Notes: a model not told the origin generated them from the letters alone. A DNA stretch of 48,437 nt from Candidatus Nomurabacteria bacterium (GCA_943356375.1 CALRET010000001.1:1-48437); one strand, 5' to 3'; positions 26,028-34,585 are shown, counted from the first letter of the stretch. Numbers and translations are program-made.

Positions 26028-27470
26028 ATGAGTACTAAAAATTTTTATATTACAACTACGCTTCCGTATGTGAATGCAGAGCCGCATGTTGGTTTTGCTA
26101 TGGAGCTTATCCGAGCAGATGTCATTGCCCGTGCAAAGATCCTTCAGGGGTATGATGTTTTTTTCAATACTGGTACCGATGAGCATGGTTCAAAACTTTA
26201 TTTATCTGCACAAAAAGAGGGGATTCCTGTCCAAGAATACGTAGATAGATATGCACAGGAATTTCGTGGATTGAAAGATTTGCTCAACATTTCAGATGAC
26301 GTGCATTTTATTCGCACGACAGACAAAAATCACGAATCTGCTGCACAAGAATTTTGGAAATTGTGTGACGAAAATGGGTATATTTATAAAAAGTCATATC
26401 AGATCAAATATTGTGTTGGTTGTGAACTCGAGAAAACTGATTCAGAGCTCGTAGATGGAAAATGCCCGATTCACCCGACTTATACCATTGAATCAATCGA
26501 TGAAGAAAATTATTTCTTTAAGTTTTCAGTATTTCAAAAACAACTATTAGAATTTTATGAAAGACGACCAGATTTTGTTATACCTGATTTTCGCTTCAAT
26601 GAAATCAAAGCGTTCGTTGAGCGAGGTCTTGAAGACTTTTCTATTTCACGATTGAAATCAAAAATGCCGTGGGGAGTACCTGTTCCAGGAGATGATACAC
26701 AGGTGATGTATGTCTGGTTTGATGCATTGGTGAATTATATTTCAACTCTCGGTTGGTCAGACAACAAAGAACAGTTTGAAAAATTCTGGGTAAACGGCAC
26801 CCCTCTTCAATATTGTGGTAAAGATAATTTACGCCAACAATCGGCGATGTGGCAAGCAATGCTTATGGCGGCGAGATTGCCCAATTCTCACCAGATCGTT
26901 ATCAATGGATTTTTTACTGCTCCTGGTGGACTCAAAATGTCTAAATCTATTGGTAACGTAGTAAATCCATATGATGTGGTGAATGAATTTGGTACCGACG
27001 CACTTCGTTATTATGTTCTTGGAGAAGTCTCGATGTTCGAGGACAGTCCGTGTTCAATGGAACTTATTAAAGCGACATATAATGCAAAACTCGCGAATGG
27101 TCTTGGTAACCTTACCTCCCGTATTATGAAAATGGCGGGGACGCATTTGAGTGGTTGCCCTGAAGTAGACGAGAAATCAATTCCAGAAGAATATTTTGCT
27201 TTTCTCGACGAATACGAAATAGGGAAAGCGGTGCATTTTGTATGGGCTGAAATAACAGCACTCGATACATTGATCCAAGACAAACAACCGTTTAAATTGG
27301 TTAAAACAGACCTTGAGGCAGGGAAGGCTGTTGTAGAGGAGCTGGTAAAGAGATTGTATACTGTTGCGCGGATGTTGCATCCAATTCTCCCTGAAACATC
27401 CAATAAAATTAAAGCTCTAGTCAAAGAAAATAAGTCTCCAGAAACGCCATTATTTTTAAGGAAAGAATAA
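26028..27470 (+). CDS. metG: Methionine--tRNA ligase (short form)
   Basis: FYITTTLPYVNAEPHVGFAME (HIGH region), CxxC knuckle CVGCE...CPIH, and KMSKSIGN. Confidence 0.9.
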   Translation: MSTKNFYITTTLPYVNAEPHVGFAMELIRADVIARAKILQGYDVFFNTGTDEHGSKLYLSAQKEGIPVQEYVDRYAQEFRGLKDLLNISDDVHFIRTTDKNHESAAQEFWKLCDENGYIYKKSYQIKYCVGCELEKTDSELVDGKCPIHPTYTIESIDEENYFFKFSVFQKQLLEFYERRPDFVIPDFRFNEIKAFVERGLEDFSISRLKSKMPWGVPVPGDDTQVMYVWFDALVNYISTLGWSDNKEQFEKFWVNGTPLQYCGKDNLRQQSAMWQAMLMAARLPNSHQIVINGFFTAPGGLKMSKSIGNVVNPYDVVNEFGTDALRYYVLGEVSMFEDSPCSMELIKATYNAKLANGLGNLTSRIMKMAGTHLSGCPEVDEKSIPEEYFAFLDEYEIGKAVHFVWAEITALDTLIQDKQPFKLVKTDLEAGKAVVEELVKRLYTVARMLHPILPETSNKIKALVKENKSPETPLFLRKE

Positions 27471-27471
27471 T

Positions 27472-28251
27472 ATGTCCATCGAGAAGAAAATTAAGATTGA
27501 TGTAGTAGAGAAAACCCAAAAGATTGTAACAGAGACTGAGGGGCTTGTAGTAGAAAAAGAGAAGAGTGTTGAACAAAAAGAATTAATTTCCACTTTTCAA
27601 AAATTTGAAGAGATTGCTATTGAGGGAGAAATAACAAAGCCATATGAGTTAATAGAGGGGAATATGTTCTATGGGGTTTTTAGACGAGAAGGTTTTCCGG
27701 ATCCATTTGTTGAGTTCGATGATTATATTAGAAAATCAATTGGTATGGGGATTTATAAAAATGCAGAATTCTCAAAACCAAACCCAAGCGAAATCGTTCC
27801 ACTACTCGGAAGATACAAACAGATTGTGGACACACTGACAAATACAGTGCTTTTTGATCGTGAAAAATTAGAAGTGCTCGATGTATGGCTCGCGGAGTTT
27901 TTAGAAGATAGGATAAAGCATTTTATGAAGACTCTCAATATCCGTATACATGACATCTCCGCGTCTCGTGCTCATGGTGATGAGAAAGCACTTGTTCAAA
28001 TTGAAGAACAATTAAAACTTAAGATGCCGACAGAATTTTTACAAGAAAAACAAGAGGAGATAGAATTAATTCTCAGCGGAGATGATATTCATGAAATAGA
28101 AATTGATGAAAACCTTGTTGAGTATAGAAAATATGAATTCAAAGCATATCGTCTTGCGAAGATTTCTAGGGAAATTGCAGACAGTGTGGATGAAATCTTT
28201 AAAGATAGCAATCACGCAGATCCACTTATACCAGATAATTATCATGAATAA
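27472..28251 (+). CDS. Hypothetical acidic protein, tightly coupled to metG
   Basis: 259-aa ORF that starts 2 nt after the metG stop. No motif recognised. Confidence 0.4.
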   Translation: MSIEKKIKIDVVEKTQKIVTETEGLVVEKEKSVEQKELISTFQKFEEIAIEGEITKPYELIEGNMFYGVFRREGFPDPFVEFDDYIRKSIGMGIYKNAEFSKPNPSEIVPLLGRYKQIVDTLTNTVLFDREKLEVLDVWLAEFLEDRIKHFMKTLNIRIHDISASRAHGDEKALVQIEEQLKLKMPTEFLQEKQEEIELILSGDDIHEIEIDENLVEYRKYEFKAYRLAKISREIADSVDEIFKDSNHADPLIPDNYHE

Positions 28252-28256
28252 ATTTA

Positions 28257-28280
28257 AAACCCCGCTATCTGCGGGGTTTG
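28257..28280. terminator. Bidirectional intrinsic terminator
   Basis: AAAACCCCGC TATCT GCGGGGTTTG. Confidence 0.65.
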
Positions 28281-29362
28281 TTAGTTGCAATAATTGAATT
28301 TGAATAATCTTTCTCTCCAGTTACTTCCCGTATTATGGGAATAAAAGGTGGAAACGATATACTGTCATCTATACTCATCACTTCAAGTTCGAGAAGGTTT
28401 AGTTGTATAGGGCTGCAAATAAAATCCATCTCAAAATACTGATTCTTCCATAGAAAACAGACGCGAATTTTATTTACTGGGAAACGTTCGCGATCTTGTC
28501 TTTCAAGAAATTCAACGTATTCGGATTGAGATATAAACCGCTCTATTTCTATGTTCACACCTTTTTTGATTGTTTTTTTAATCGTGTGGATGAATATAGG
28601 GGAGTTGTACTGAACTCTTTTTCTGACTCGTTCAATGGTGTTTTCCTCTGTCTGTTCCAAATAGTGCTGTGTGATATATATCTTTGCATGGGGGACAGTA
28701 ATCCCACTGATATCAAACATTGGATCAACCAAAAACTTCCTCTCTATTTCGAGTGGTTCGGGTATTCCTAAAACTCGACAGATTTCTGCAAGCGCTCGTC
28801 TCTTTTTTGTTTCAAAATCAGTAGAATTGTCGATGACGCGCAGATGCTGATGACCCAGCCATGTATGTTGTGTTTTTGTATCAAGAAGTATCGCCAGTTC
28901 AGGACTCTCATCACGCGCTGTATTATTTTCAAGAGTGTAAAATTCTCGTGCACCATCCGCAGCAGTTATCATATGTATGACAGCGTTGTAACGCAGATCA
29001 CGAAGTTCTGGGATCGAATAATTATACTTTTGTACCATTTTGTGAAAATATTCCTCATCACAATACGCCAATCCATCCATAGTGCCTCGGTTGCATATAA
29101 TTACAGGGTTTGTATATCCCTCTGAAATTGCTGCTTTCAAAAAACTGTCTTCTAAATGTATAATCGTCTCAAGAATACGATTTTGAAAATCCGGTCGCAT
29201 CTTATCTATACCACCGTTAATGAGAAGCGCCGCTGCTTCAGGAACGATATATGGTTTATATCCTCTATTGGACAAATACTCGACCGCATATGGTTGCAGG
29301 GAATCTTTTCCTCCACAGGGTCCACCAGTAGTGGCAATTTTTATTATTTTTTCAGTTGACAT
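28265..29362 (-). CDS. P-loop NTPase (AAA_28/NadR-like) fused to a CYTH (triphosphate tunnel) domain
   Basis: N-terminal IATTGGPCGGKDS P-loop. The C-terminal domain opens with LEIERKFLV (the EXEXK signature of CYTH). ATG at 29362 (MSTEK). Confidence 0.55.
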   Translation of the reverse strand: MSTEKIIKIATTGGPCGGKDSLQPYAVEYLSNRGYKPYIVPEAAALLINGGIDKMRPDFQNRILETIIHLEDSFLKAAISEGYTNPVIICNRGTMDGLAYCDEEYFHKMVQKYNYSIPELRDLRYNAVIHMITAADGAREFYTLENNTARDESPELAILLDTKTQHTWLGHQHLRVIDNSTDFETKKRRALAEICRVLGIPEPLEIERKFLVDPMFDISGITVPHAKIYITQHYLEQTEENTIERVRKRVQYNSPIFIHTIKKTIKKGVNIEIERFISQSEYVEFLERQDRERFPVNKIRVCFLWKNQYFEMDFICSPIQLNLLELEVMSIDDSISFPPFIPIIREVTGEKDYSNSIIATNKPRR

Positions 29363-29529
29363 AGAACAAGTTTGTTTTTCTTTATTATACATTTAAATCT
29401 CGTACAGTCAAATCACTGCAAAATGACGAATACTATTTGGTATAGTACAATTACAATATGAAAAATAACCATTACTAATCAAAATTCTGGGCAAAGTACT
29501 ACTCAAACAATTCCAATAACAGTGAACTA

Positions 29530-30336
29530 ATGCAATTCAACTATTTTGACATCCATTCTCATTTAAATCTAAAACCGCTCTATGAATCGCGCGCGGGTGT
29601 TCTCGCGCGTATGAAGGAGCAGGGGGTGGGGACGATTACGGTTGGAGTTGATTATGGGACATCGAAGATTGCGATTGATCTTGCAGAAGAAAATCCTGAC
29701 CTGTTGTGGGCAACGGTAGGATTGCATCCGAATGATAATGTAGACGAAATTTTTGAATATGAAAAATATCTCGAACTTGCAAAACATCCAAAAGTTGTGG
29801 CAATTGGCGAATGTGGACTCGACTATTTTCGAGATCAGTCTGAAGAAACAAAAATACAACAGAAAGAAATTTTTAAAAAACAAATTGAATTAGCGATTGA
29901 AGTTGGAAAACCACTCATGATCCACGCTCGACCAAGCAAGGGAAGTATGGACGCATATAAAGACGTATTAAATATTCTGGAATCCTACTGTAACCTACAA
30001 CCTGCAACCTTTAACCTGCTCTGCAATTTTCACTTCTTCGTCGGTGACCTATCTATTGCAAACCGAATCGCTATAAACGGTTGGACAATGTCATATGATG
30101 GACCGATTACATTCTCAACGGATTACGATGAAGTAATTCGCTCCACACCTATTGAAAACATTATGGCCGAGACTGATGCACCTTATGCCGCACCTGTGCC
30201 ATATCGAGGAAAAACCTGTGAATCATGGATGGTTACAGAAGTAATTAAAAAGATCGCAGAATTAAAGGGAATGACTGAAGAAGAATGCAAACAGGCAATG
30301 CTCTCCAATGTAAAACGCGTATTTGGGATAGAGTAA
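29530..30336 (+). CDS. TatD family metal-dependent hydrolase/DNase
   Basis: FDIHSHLN, GECGLDYF, MIHAR and ETDAPY motifs. Confidence 0.8.
   Translation: MQFNYFDIHSHLNLKPLYESRAGVLARMKEQGVGTITVGVDYGTSKIAIDLAEENPDLLWATVGLHPNDNVDEIFEYEKYLELAKHPKVVAIGECGLDYFRDQSEETKIQQKEIFKKQIELAIEVGKPLMIHARPSKGSMDAYKDVLNILESYCNLQPATFNLLCNFHFFVGDLSIANRIAINGWTMSYDGPITFSTDYDEVIRSTPIENIMAETDAPYAAPVPYRGKTCESWMVTEVIKKIAELKGMTEEECKQAMLSNVKRVFGIE
29988..30022 (+). repeat. Heptamer-array-like stretch inside the tatD-family CDS
   Basis: CTGTAAC CTACAAC CTGCAAC CTTTAAC CTGCTCT encodes ..CNLQPATFNLLC.., in the loop preceding the conserved His of the HxF motif. Confidence 0.45.
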
Positions 30337-30378
30337 TAATTGATTTACTATTAGGAGGTTTGTTGCTATCCTGTATAT

Positions 30379-30864
30379 ATGACTTCTCAATCATCGGAAA
30401 ACCAAGTAAGAAAAGGAGCAATTCACCACGTACTCGCACAATCCTATAGTGTTTTTTTTGTCGGATTTTTATTGGGAGTAATCTATGATCTCATCTGGCC
30501 TAATATGTTTTTTACAGGAGAGTGGACTTTGTGGATTGGCGGAGTACTTATTGTTTTAGGATCTATCTTTGTGCAATGGGCGCAAAAAACTTCTAAATCA
30601 TTTAATAAGCGTGTTGCTGGGCGAACACCAGAACTTCTCGACTTTCTAGACGGACCATATCGATTCACTCGAGGCCCGACACATTTTGGATTACTCTGTA
30701 TGTTGTTCGGATTTGGCGTACTAGTGAATTCACTCGGAATGGTTATTTTCTCTATTGTTTCATATGTTTTATCAAAGATATTTTTTCTTAATAAAGAAGA
30801 AGAGTTACTTGAAAAAAAATACGGGGAAGTGTATCGAGAATACAAAAAAAGAGTTACAAGATAA
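30379..30864 (+). CDS. Isoprenylcysteine carboxyl methyltransferase/phospholipid methyltransferase family membrane protein
   Basis: The GPYRFTRGPTHFG motif and 4 TM helices are typical of the ICMT/PEMT family. Confidence 0.6.
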   Translation: MTSQSSENQVRKGAIHHVLAQSYSVFFVGFLLGVIYDLIWPNMFFTGEWTLWIGGVLIVLGSIFVQWAQKTSKSFNKRVAGRTPELLDFLDGPYRFTRGPTHFGLLCMLFGFGVLVNSLGMVIFSIVSYVLSKIFFLNKEEELLEKKYGEVYREYKKRVTR

Positions 30865-30873
30865 TTATTTTAT

Positions 30874-31596
30874 ATGCTATCTTTTTTTTACGGTACAGAT
30901 TATAGGGCACGATTAGAAGCGGTGACTCTATATATCAAGACACTTCAAAATCCTCATGTTGAGCGTCTCACCGCGGATACGTTTTCAGAAAGAGTGTTTA
31001 ATGCCTCACTCGAACGAAATTCTTTGTTTGGAGATGCACAAGTAGTGATACTTGAAGATTGCGCAACAAGCAATGGAGATGTATTACAATTTTTAAAGAA
31101 TAATATCGATGCTATTGTTGTTTCACCAACAGTTGTTATTGCAACACAAGATTCATTCTTAAAGAAAGATCAGAAATATTTTACACATCCCGATATATCT
31201 ATAGAACATACCGGAGATGAAAAGAGAGAAGGAATCAGATCAAAAACATTATTTGCATTGACTGATGCTTTGGCTGCGAATTCAAAAAAAGATGTCTGGG
31301 TGCTTTATCTCAAGGAGTGTGAACAGGGAACACGACCAGAAGAAATATTCGGTGTATTGTTTTGGATGTTGAAGATTCTGCGGCTGCGCCACGAAAAGGA
31401 TATCAGAGAAACTGAACTTTCAAAATTGGGCATTCATCCGTTTGTCTGGCAGAAAGCCGGACATGGAGCTAAGAATTTTACTAAGGAAAAATTGGATGGA
31501 ATGATCGTATCACTCACGATTATTTTTCATGAAGCGAGAAAGAAGGGAATTGATTTAGAGATATTGTTGGAAGAATGGATTTTGAGGGAGATATAA
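30874..31596 (+). CDS. holA: DNA polymerase III delta subunit-like protein
   Basis: Pattern FYGTDY...SLFGDAQVVILED...FALTDAL...IHPFVWQKAGHGAKNFTKEKL matches the HolA layout. Short (240 aa). Confidence 0.45.
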   Translation: MLSFFYGTDYRARLEAVTLYIKTLQNPHVERLTADTFSERVFNASLERNSLFGDAQVVILEDCATSNGDVLQFLKNNIDAIVVSPTVVIATQDSFLKKDQKYFTHPDISIEHTGDEKREGIRSKTLFALTDALAANSKKDVWVLYLKECEQGTRPEEIFGVLFWMLKILRLRHEKDIRETELSKLGIHPFVWQKAGHGAKNFTKEKLDGMIVSLTIIFHEARKKGIDLEILLEEWILREI

Positions 31597-31606
31597 AACA
31601 CAGGTT

Positions 31607-31634
31607 CTAGTTTCTAGGGACTAGGTGCTAGTTC
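31607..31634 (+). repeat. Degenerate heptamer array x4 (CTAG-rich)
   Basis: CTAGTTT CTAGGGA CTAGGTG CTAGTTC. Confidence 0.6.
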
Positions 31635-31654
31635 CTTTTTTATTTAAAAAGACA

Positions 31655-31866
31655 AATAAAAAAGGGTCTCATGTTTGGCATCTAAAAATAAATGACATAC
31701 ATGAGACCCTTTAATAAGTCTTAAAGAACAGGTTGATTTCAAAACAATGAACAAGTCTGCAAAAAATAATAATGTTTGCAGGAGAGAATGCTAATTTTAG
31801 CAACTTCATTTTTATGTCCTATGCGGAACCACATAAGTTCTTAAATTTGATTCTCTCAAAGACCTG
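31655..31866 (-). ncRNA. Candidate ~210-nt small RNA (unknown family; may contain a 31-codon sORF)
   Basis: Minus-strand promoter TTGCCA (31899-31894), 16 nt, TACAAT (31877-31872). Minus-strand terminator: 14-bp stem 31661-74/31699-712 followed by TTTTTTATTT. A perfect DnaA box sits just upstream. Flanked by heptamer arrays. Confidence 0.4.
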
Positions 31867-31937
31867 GATACATTGTACCTTAGAAAGCACATATGGCAAT
31901 ATCTAGCTGTGGATAACTCTGGAACAGGTGGTAGGTT

Positions 31938-31958
31938 CTAGGTGCTAGTTTCTAGTAA
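31938..31958 (+). repeat. Degenerate heptamer array x3 (CTAG-rich)
   Basis: CTAGGTG CTAGTTT CTAGTAA. Confidence 0.55.
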
Positions 31959-31979
31959 ATACCCATAAGATTTAAGTTA

Positions 31980-32492
31980 CTAGTTATTCTCTCGGAGGCG
32001 GATTATTAAGATAAGTGTGATAAGCGCAGCAATCGTAAGGGACATAACAGGTATCGTGACATATCCAAATTCCCGTACATATTCAAGGAGACATGAGGTA
32101 CCCGTGCCACACGGAGAGGTACTCGCATTAAACCAAAATAGTGCATTGTGCCAAAACGCAATAATCACTCCTATTGAAGATAGGATAATTCCTGGTATAA
32201 GAAATAGGTCTGTTTTTTTAATGTAACCATATCCGAAAATAATAACCAATGGGTATAGTGCAATTCGTTGATACCAACAAAGATCACATGGAGGGAAGGA
32301 AAGAACTAGAGAATATAACAGACTTCCAATGATAGATCCTAAAGACAAAAGGCATACAAAAAGATCTCCATGTTTTTTTATATATTCTATGATAGGACGA
32401 ATATTAATGATCCATGTAAATAAAATACCAACGAATACTATTTGAAGAAATATTGTCCCTACTGCGGTTCCTTGTACTATGAGTGATTGCAT
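31980..32492 (-). CDS. DsbB/BdbC family disulfide bond formation protein
   Basis: The CDLCWYQRIALYP motif, a second Cys pair (SPCGTGTSC) and 4 TM helices. Start at MQSL (32492), abutting the upstream stop. Confidence 0.7.
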   Translation of the reverse strand: MQSLIVQGTAVGTIFLQIVFVGILFTWIINIRPIIEYIKKHGDLFVCLLSLGSIIGSLLYSLVLSFPPCDLCWYQRIALYPLVIIFGYGYIKKTDLFLIPGIILSSIGVIIAFWHNALFWFNASTSPCGTGTSCLLEYVREFGYVTIPVMSLTIAALITLILIIRLRENN

Positions 32493-32493
32493 A

Positions 32494-32877
32494 TTATTGT
32501 TTTTCAGGTAATAGACAACTTGTTTTTTCAGCAAGTGTTTCTAGTGGGATTTCTCCAGAGAGACGAGATCCATCAGGAAATTCCCATGTTGGATAGCCGG
32601 TAATATTTGCGTCTTTACAGATCTGTAGAGTTCCTTGTCCGTTTGCTGTTGAGCATTCAATATAAGGAAGGAGTTTCATTGATTTACCAAATAATGCTTT
32701 TTGGTTCCTGCAATGTGGACACCAGAAAGTACCAAAAAATTTTGTTCCGCTGTCTTTAAGACAAGTCGCAAATTCATCATAAATTGTCGGTTGTTTTTTT
32801 TGAACACCAAACCAAATTCCTAAGCCGATAAAACCAAGTGCACAGATTCCGATAACAATGTATGTAAGTTTGCTCAT
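32494..32877 (-). CDS. Membrane-anchored thioredoxin-like protein (VKOR-associated Trx-domain type)
   Basis: An N-terminal TM helix, FGTFWCPHCRNQKALFG...YIECS...ITGYPTW. It closely follows the Trx-like domain fused to bacterial VKOR homologs. Confidence 0.7.
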   Translation of the reverse strand: MSKLTYIVIGICALGFIGLGIWFGVQKKQPTIYDEFATCLKDSGTKFFGTFWCPHCRNQKALFGKSMKLLPYIECSTANGQGTLQICKDANITGYPTWEFPDGSRLSGEIPLETLAEKTSCLLPEKQ

Positions 32878-32963
32878 ATTTGTTAAATATATATTATTTT
32901 TTGAATACAGTCTACCTTCTTGTCCATAGATCTTAATGATGATAGTCTATACTAATCTCACAT

Positions 32964-33629
32964 ATGCTTACTTCTCTAGTTAAGAATCAAACAAAAAATA
33001 TTACCTCGTTAGGAGTTGGATTTTTGGTTGTGCTTATTATTACCTCGTTCTTTCATGAATTGTCTGAATCTTCCTACGAACTGAGTGTCATTCTCTATGG
33101 AGCACTTGCAATTGCTTTAGGTATCGCAGTTGGGAGATTTCTTGCTGTACATGTGAGTGTGTGTGATCATGTGCATTTGGACAACTCAAAGGATCTTTCA
33201 TTTCTTTTAGTCGTCTGTCTAACTAGTTTCGGGCACACGATTATTGATGGGTCAGTTCTTGATAGTGCATGGTCGCTCTCGACCAGTGCTGGGATATTCG
33301 CACTGCTTGCAATCGTGGGACATGAGATATTCAGAACAGGAGTTTTGTTTAGTGTGCTTCGAGCGATGGGATTTCCAAAGTGGGTGAGTGGACTTTCTGT
33401 ATTTGGAATTTCTATTGCTGGTCTCCTTATTGGATTTATTCTCGGCGGATTTCTTGATCTTGGATCATACGAAGGATTTGTACACATCATCTCAATCTTT
33501 TTCTATACGATCGTCGTTACCGATGTTTTTCTTTTCTTAAAAAAACATTACGAAGGGATTGCATACGTATTCCTTTTCATTGGAGCAATTATCGGATTGA
33601 TTGTTGAAGTGGTGATATCGATACATTAG
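32964..33629 (+). CDS. Polytopic membrane protein, possibly ZIP-like metal transporter
   Basis: His-containing TM motifs FGHTIIDG and VGHEIFRTGVLFSVL are reminiscent of the ZIP HExxxExGDF helix. Weak call. Confidence 0.3.
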   Translation: MLTSLVKNQTKNITSLGVGFLVVLIITSFFHELSESSYELSVILYGALAIALGIAVGRFLAVHVSVCDHVHLDNSKDLSFLLVVCLTSFGHTIIDGSVLDSAWSLSTSAGIFALLAIVGHEIFRTGVLFSVLRAMGFPKWVSGLSVFGISIAGLLIGFILGGFLDLGSYEGFVHIISIFFYTIVVTDVFLFLKKHYEGIAYVFLFIGAIIGLIVEVVISIH

Positions 33630-33636
33630 AGATAGT

Positions 33637-33959
33637 GTGGTCAGGAATAATTTTGTTTTCGTCAAAACAAAATTTTCACGACCCTGGGTATGGAATTGCC
33701 CCTCGTTTCACTCGGAATCCTCAATTTTATAACTGTGGTCAGGGATATTTTTTCTGTCGTCACAGAAAAAATTCCACGACCCTGGCTCGCGGTTTTATCT
33801 GCTGATAAAACATCACTCCGCCTCGCACAAGCTAAAAATCTCCCGCAGGGGAGATTTTTTAATTTAGCTGTGGTCACACATAAAATTCTGCTGAATTTTT
33901 GCGCGACCCCGCCTCGGCACCGTCGTGCCTGTGGCTCGCACAAAGTGTCCCACACTTTG
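33637..33959. repeat. G+C-rich hairpin-dense repeat block adjoining tRNA-Lys (three box-hairpin-box modules plus extra tetraloop hairpins)
   Basis: Modules at 33637-33687, 33734-33785 and 33869-33913 have the layout TGTGGTCA, AT-rich hairpin, CRCGACCC. Further hairpins at 33792-33811, 33833-33860 (terminator-like), 33916-33929 and 33937-33963. Confidence 0.8.
33833..33860. terminator. Bidirectional intrinsic-terminator-like hairpin inside the repeat block
   Basis: AAAAATCTCCC GCAG GGGAGATTTTTT. Confidence 0.6.
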
Positions 33960-34032
33960 TGCGCCCGGTAGGAATTGAACCTACGACCATCTCCTTAAAA
34001 GGGAGCTGCTCTACCAACTGAGCTACGGGCGC
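33960..34032 (-). tRNA. tRNA-Lys (anticodon UUU)
   Basis: The reverse complement folds as a cloverleaf: GCGCCCG TA GCTC AGTTGGTA GAGC A GCTCC CTTTTAA GGAGA TGGTC GTAGG TTCAATT CCTAC CGGGCGC A. CCA is not encoded. Confidence 0.9.
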
Positions 34033-34111
34033 ATATATAAATTAAAGATAAAAAACAACTTCTCTTGTTTACAATAAGAGAAAAATACCATATTCTTAGC
34101 TCAAAAGCAAT

Positions 34112-34585
34112 ATGAAAAATAAATCCGTTGCCATTTTATATAACACTCGAAGCACACATAACGTGGGCTCAATCTTTCGCACTGCAGATGCGGTTGGGAT
34201 TTCGCACATCTATTTGATTGGCTATACGCCGGCTCCGATTGATCGATTTGGTCGAGAACGGAAAGATATTGCAAAGGTCTCATTAGGAGCAGAAGTGTCT
34301 ATTCCATGGTCGCACCATGAGACTATTGATGCAGTCTTCTCGGAACTGAAAGAGAAAGAGTACCAATTGGTTGCCATTGAACAATCGCCACAAAGTGTTG
34401 ATTATAAAGATGTGAAGGTTGGTGAATTAATCGCCTTTATTGTTGGAGAAGAAGTTGAAGGTCTACCTGAAAAAATATTGGAGATGGTAGATGTAGTGGC
34501 AGAAATACCTATGGCCGGAACAAAAGAATCCCTCAATGTTTCAGTCGCCTTTGGTATCGCTGTCTTTAGGATCCTAGGGTTATAA
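34112..34585 (+). CDS. SpoU/TrmH family RNA 2'-O-methyltransferase
   Basis: HNVGSIFRTADAVGI, FIVGEEVEGL and ESLNVSVAFGIAVF are SPOUT motifs 1-3. Confidence 0.75.
   Translation: MKNKSVAILYNTRSTHNVGSIFRTADAVGISHIYLIGYTPAPIDRFGRERKDIAKVSLGAEVSIPWSHHETIDAVFSELKEKEYQLVAIEQSPQSVDYKDVKVGELIAFIVGEEVEGLPEKILEMVDVVAEIPMAGTKESLNVSVAFGIAVFRILGL

Noticed and set aside
33637-33960. CRISPR array next to tRNA-Lys
   Set aside because: The repeat units are internally palindromic AT-rich hairpins with variable stems and conserved flanks. They are not identical direct repeats separated by unique spacers. Spacing is irregular and no cas genes are present.
33662-33971. ORFs of 97 aa (minus) and 93 aa (plus) from the six-frame track
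   Set aside because: They are mutually antisense and lie entirely within the repeat/hairpin block. They have an Arg/Cys/Pro-rich composition that reflects local G+C richness, and the plus-strand one runs into the tRNA gene. No start-site signals are present.
33960-34032. tRNA-Lys as the attachment site of an integrated element
   Set aside because: No integrase, no direct repeat of the tRNA 3' end, and no phage or ICE genes lie within several kb on either side.
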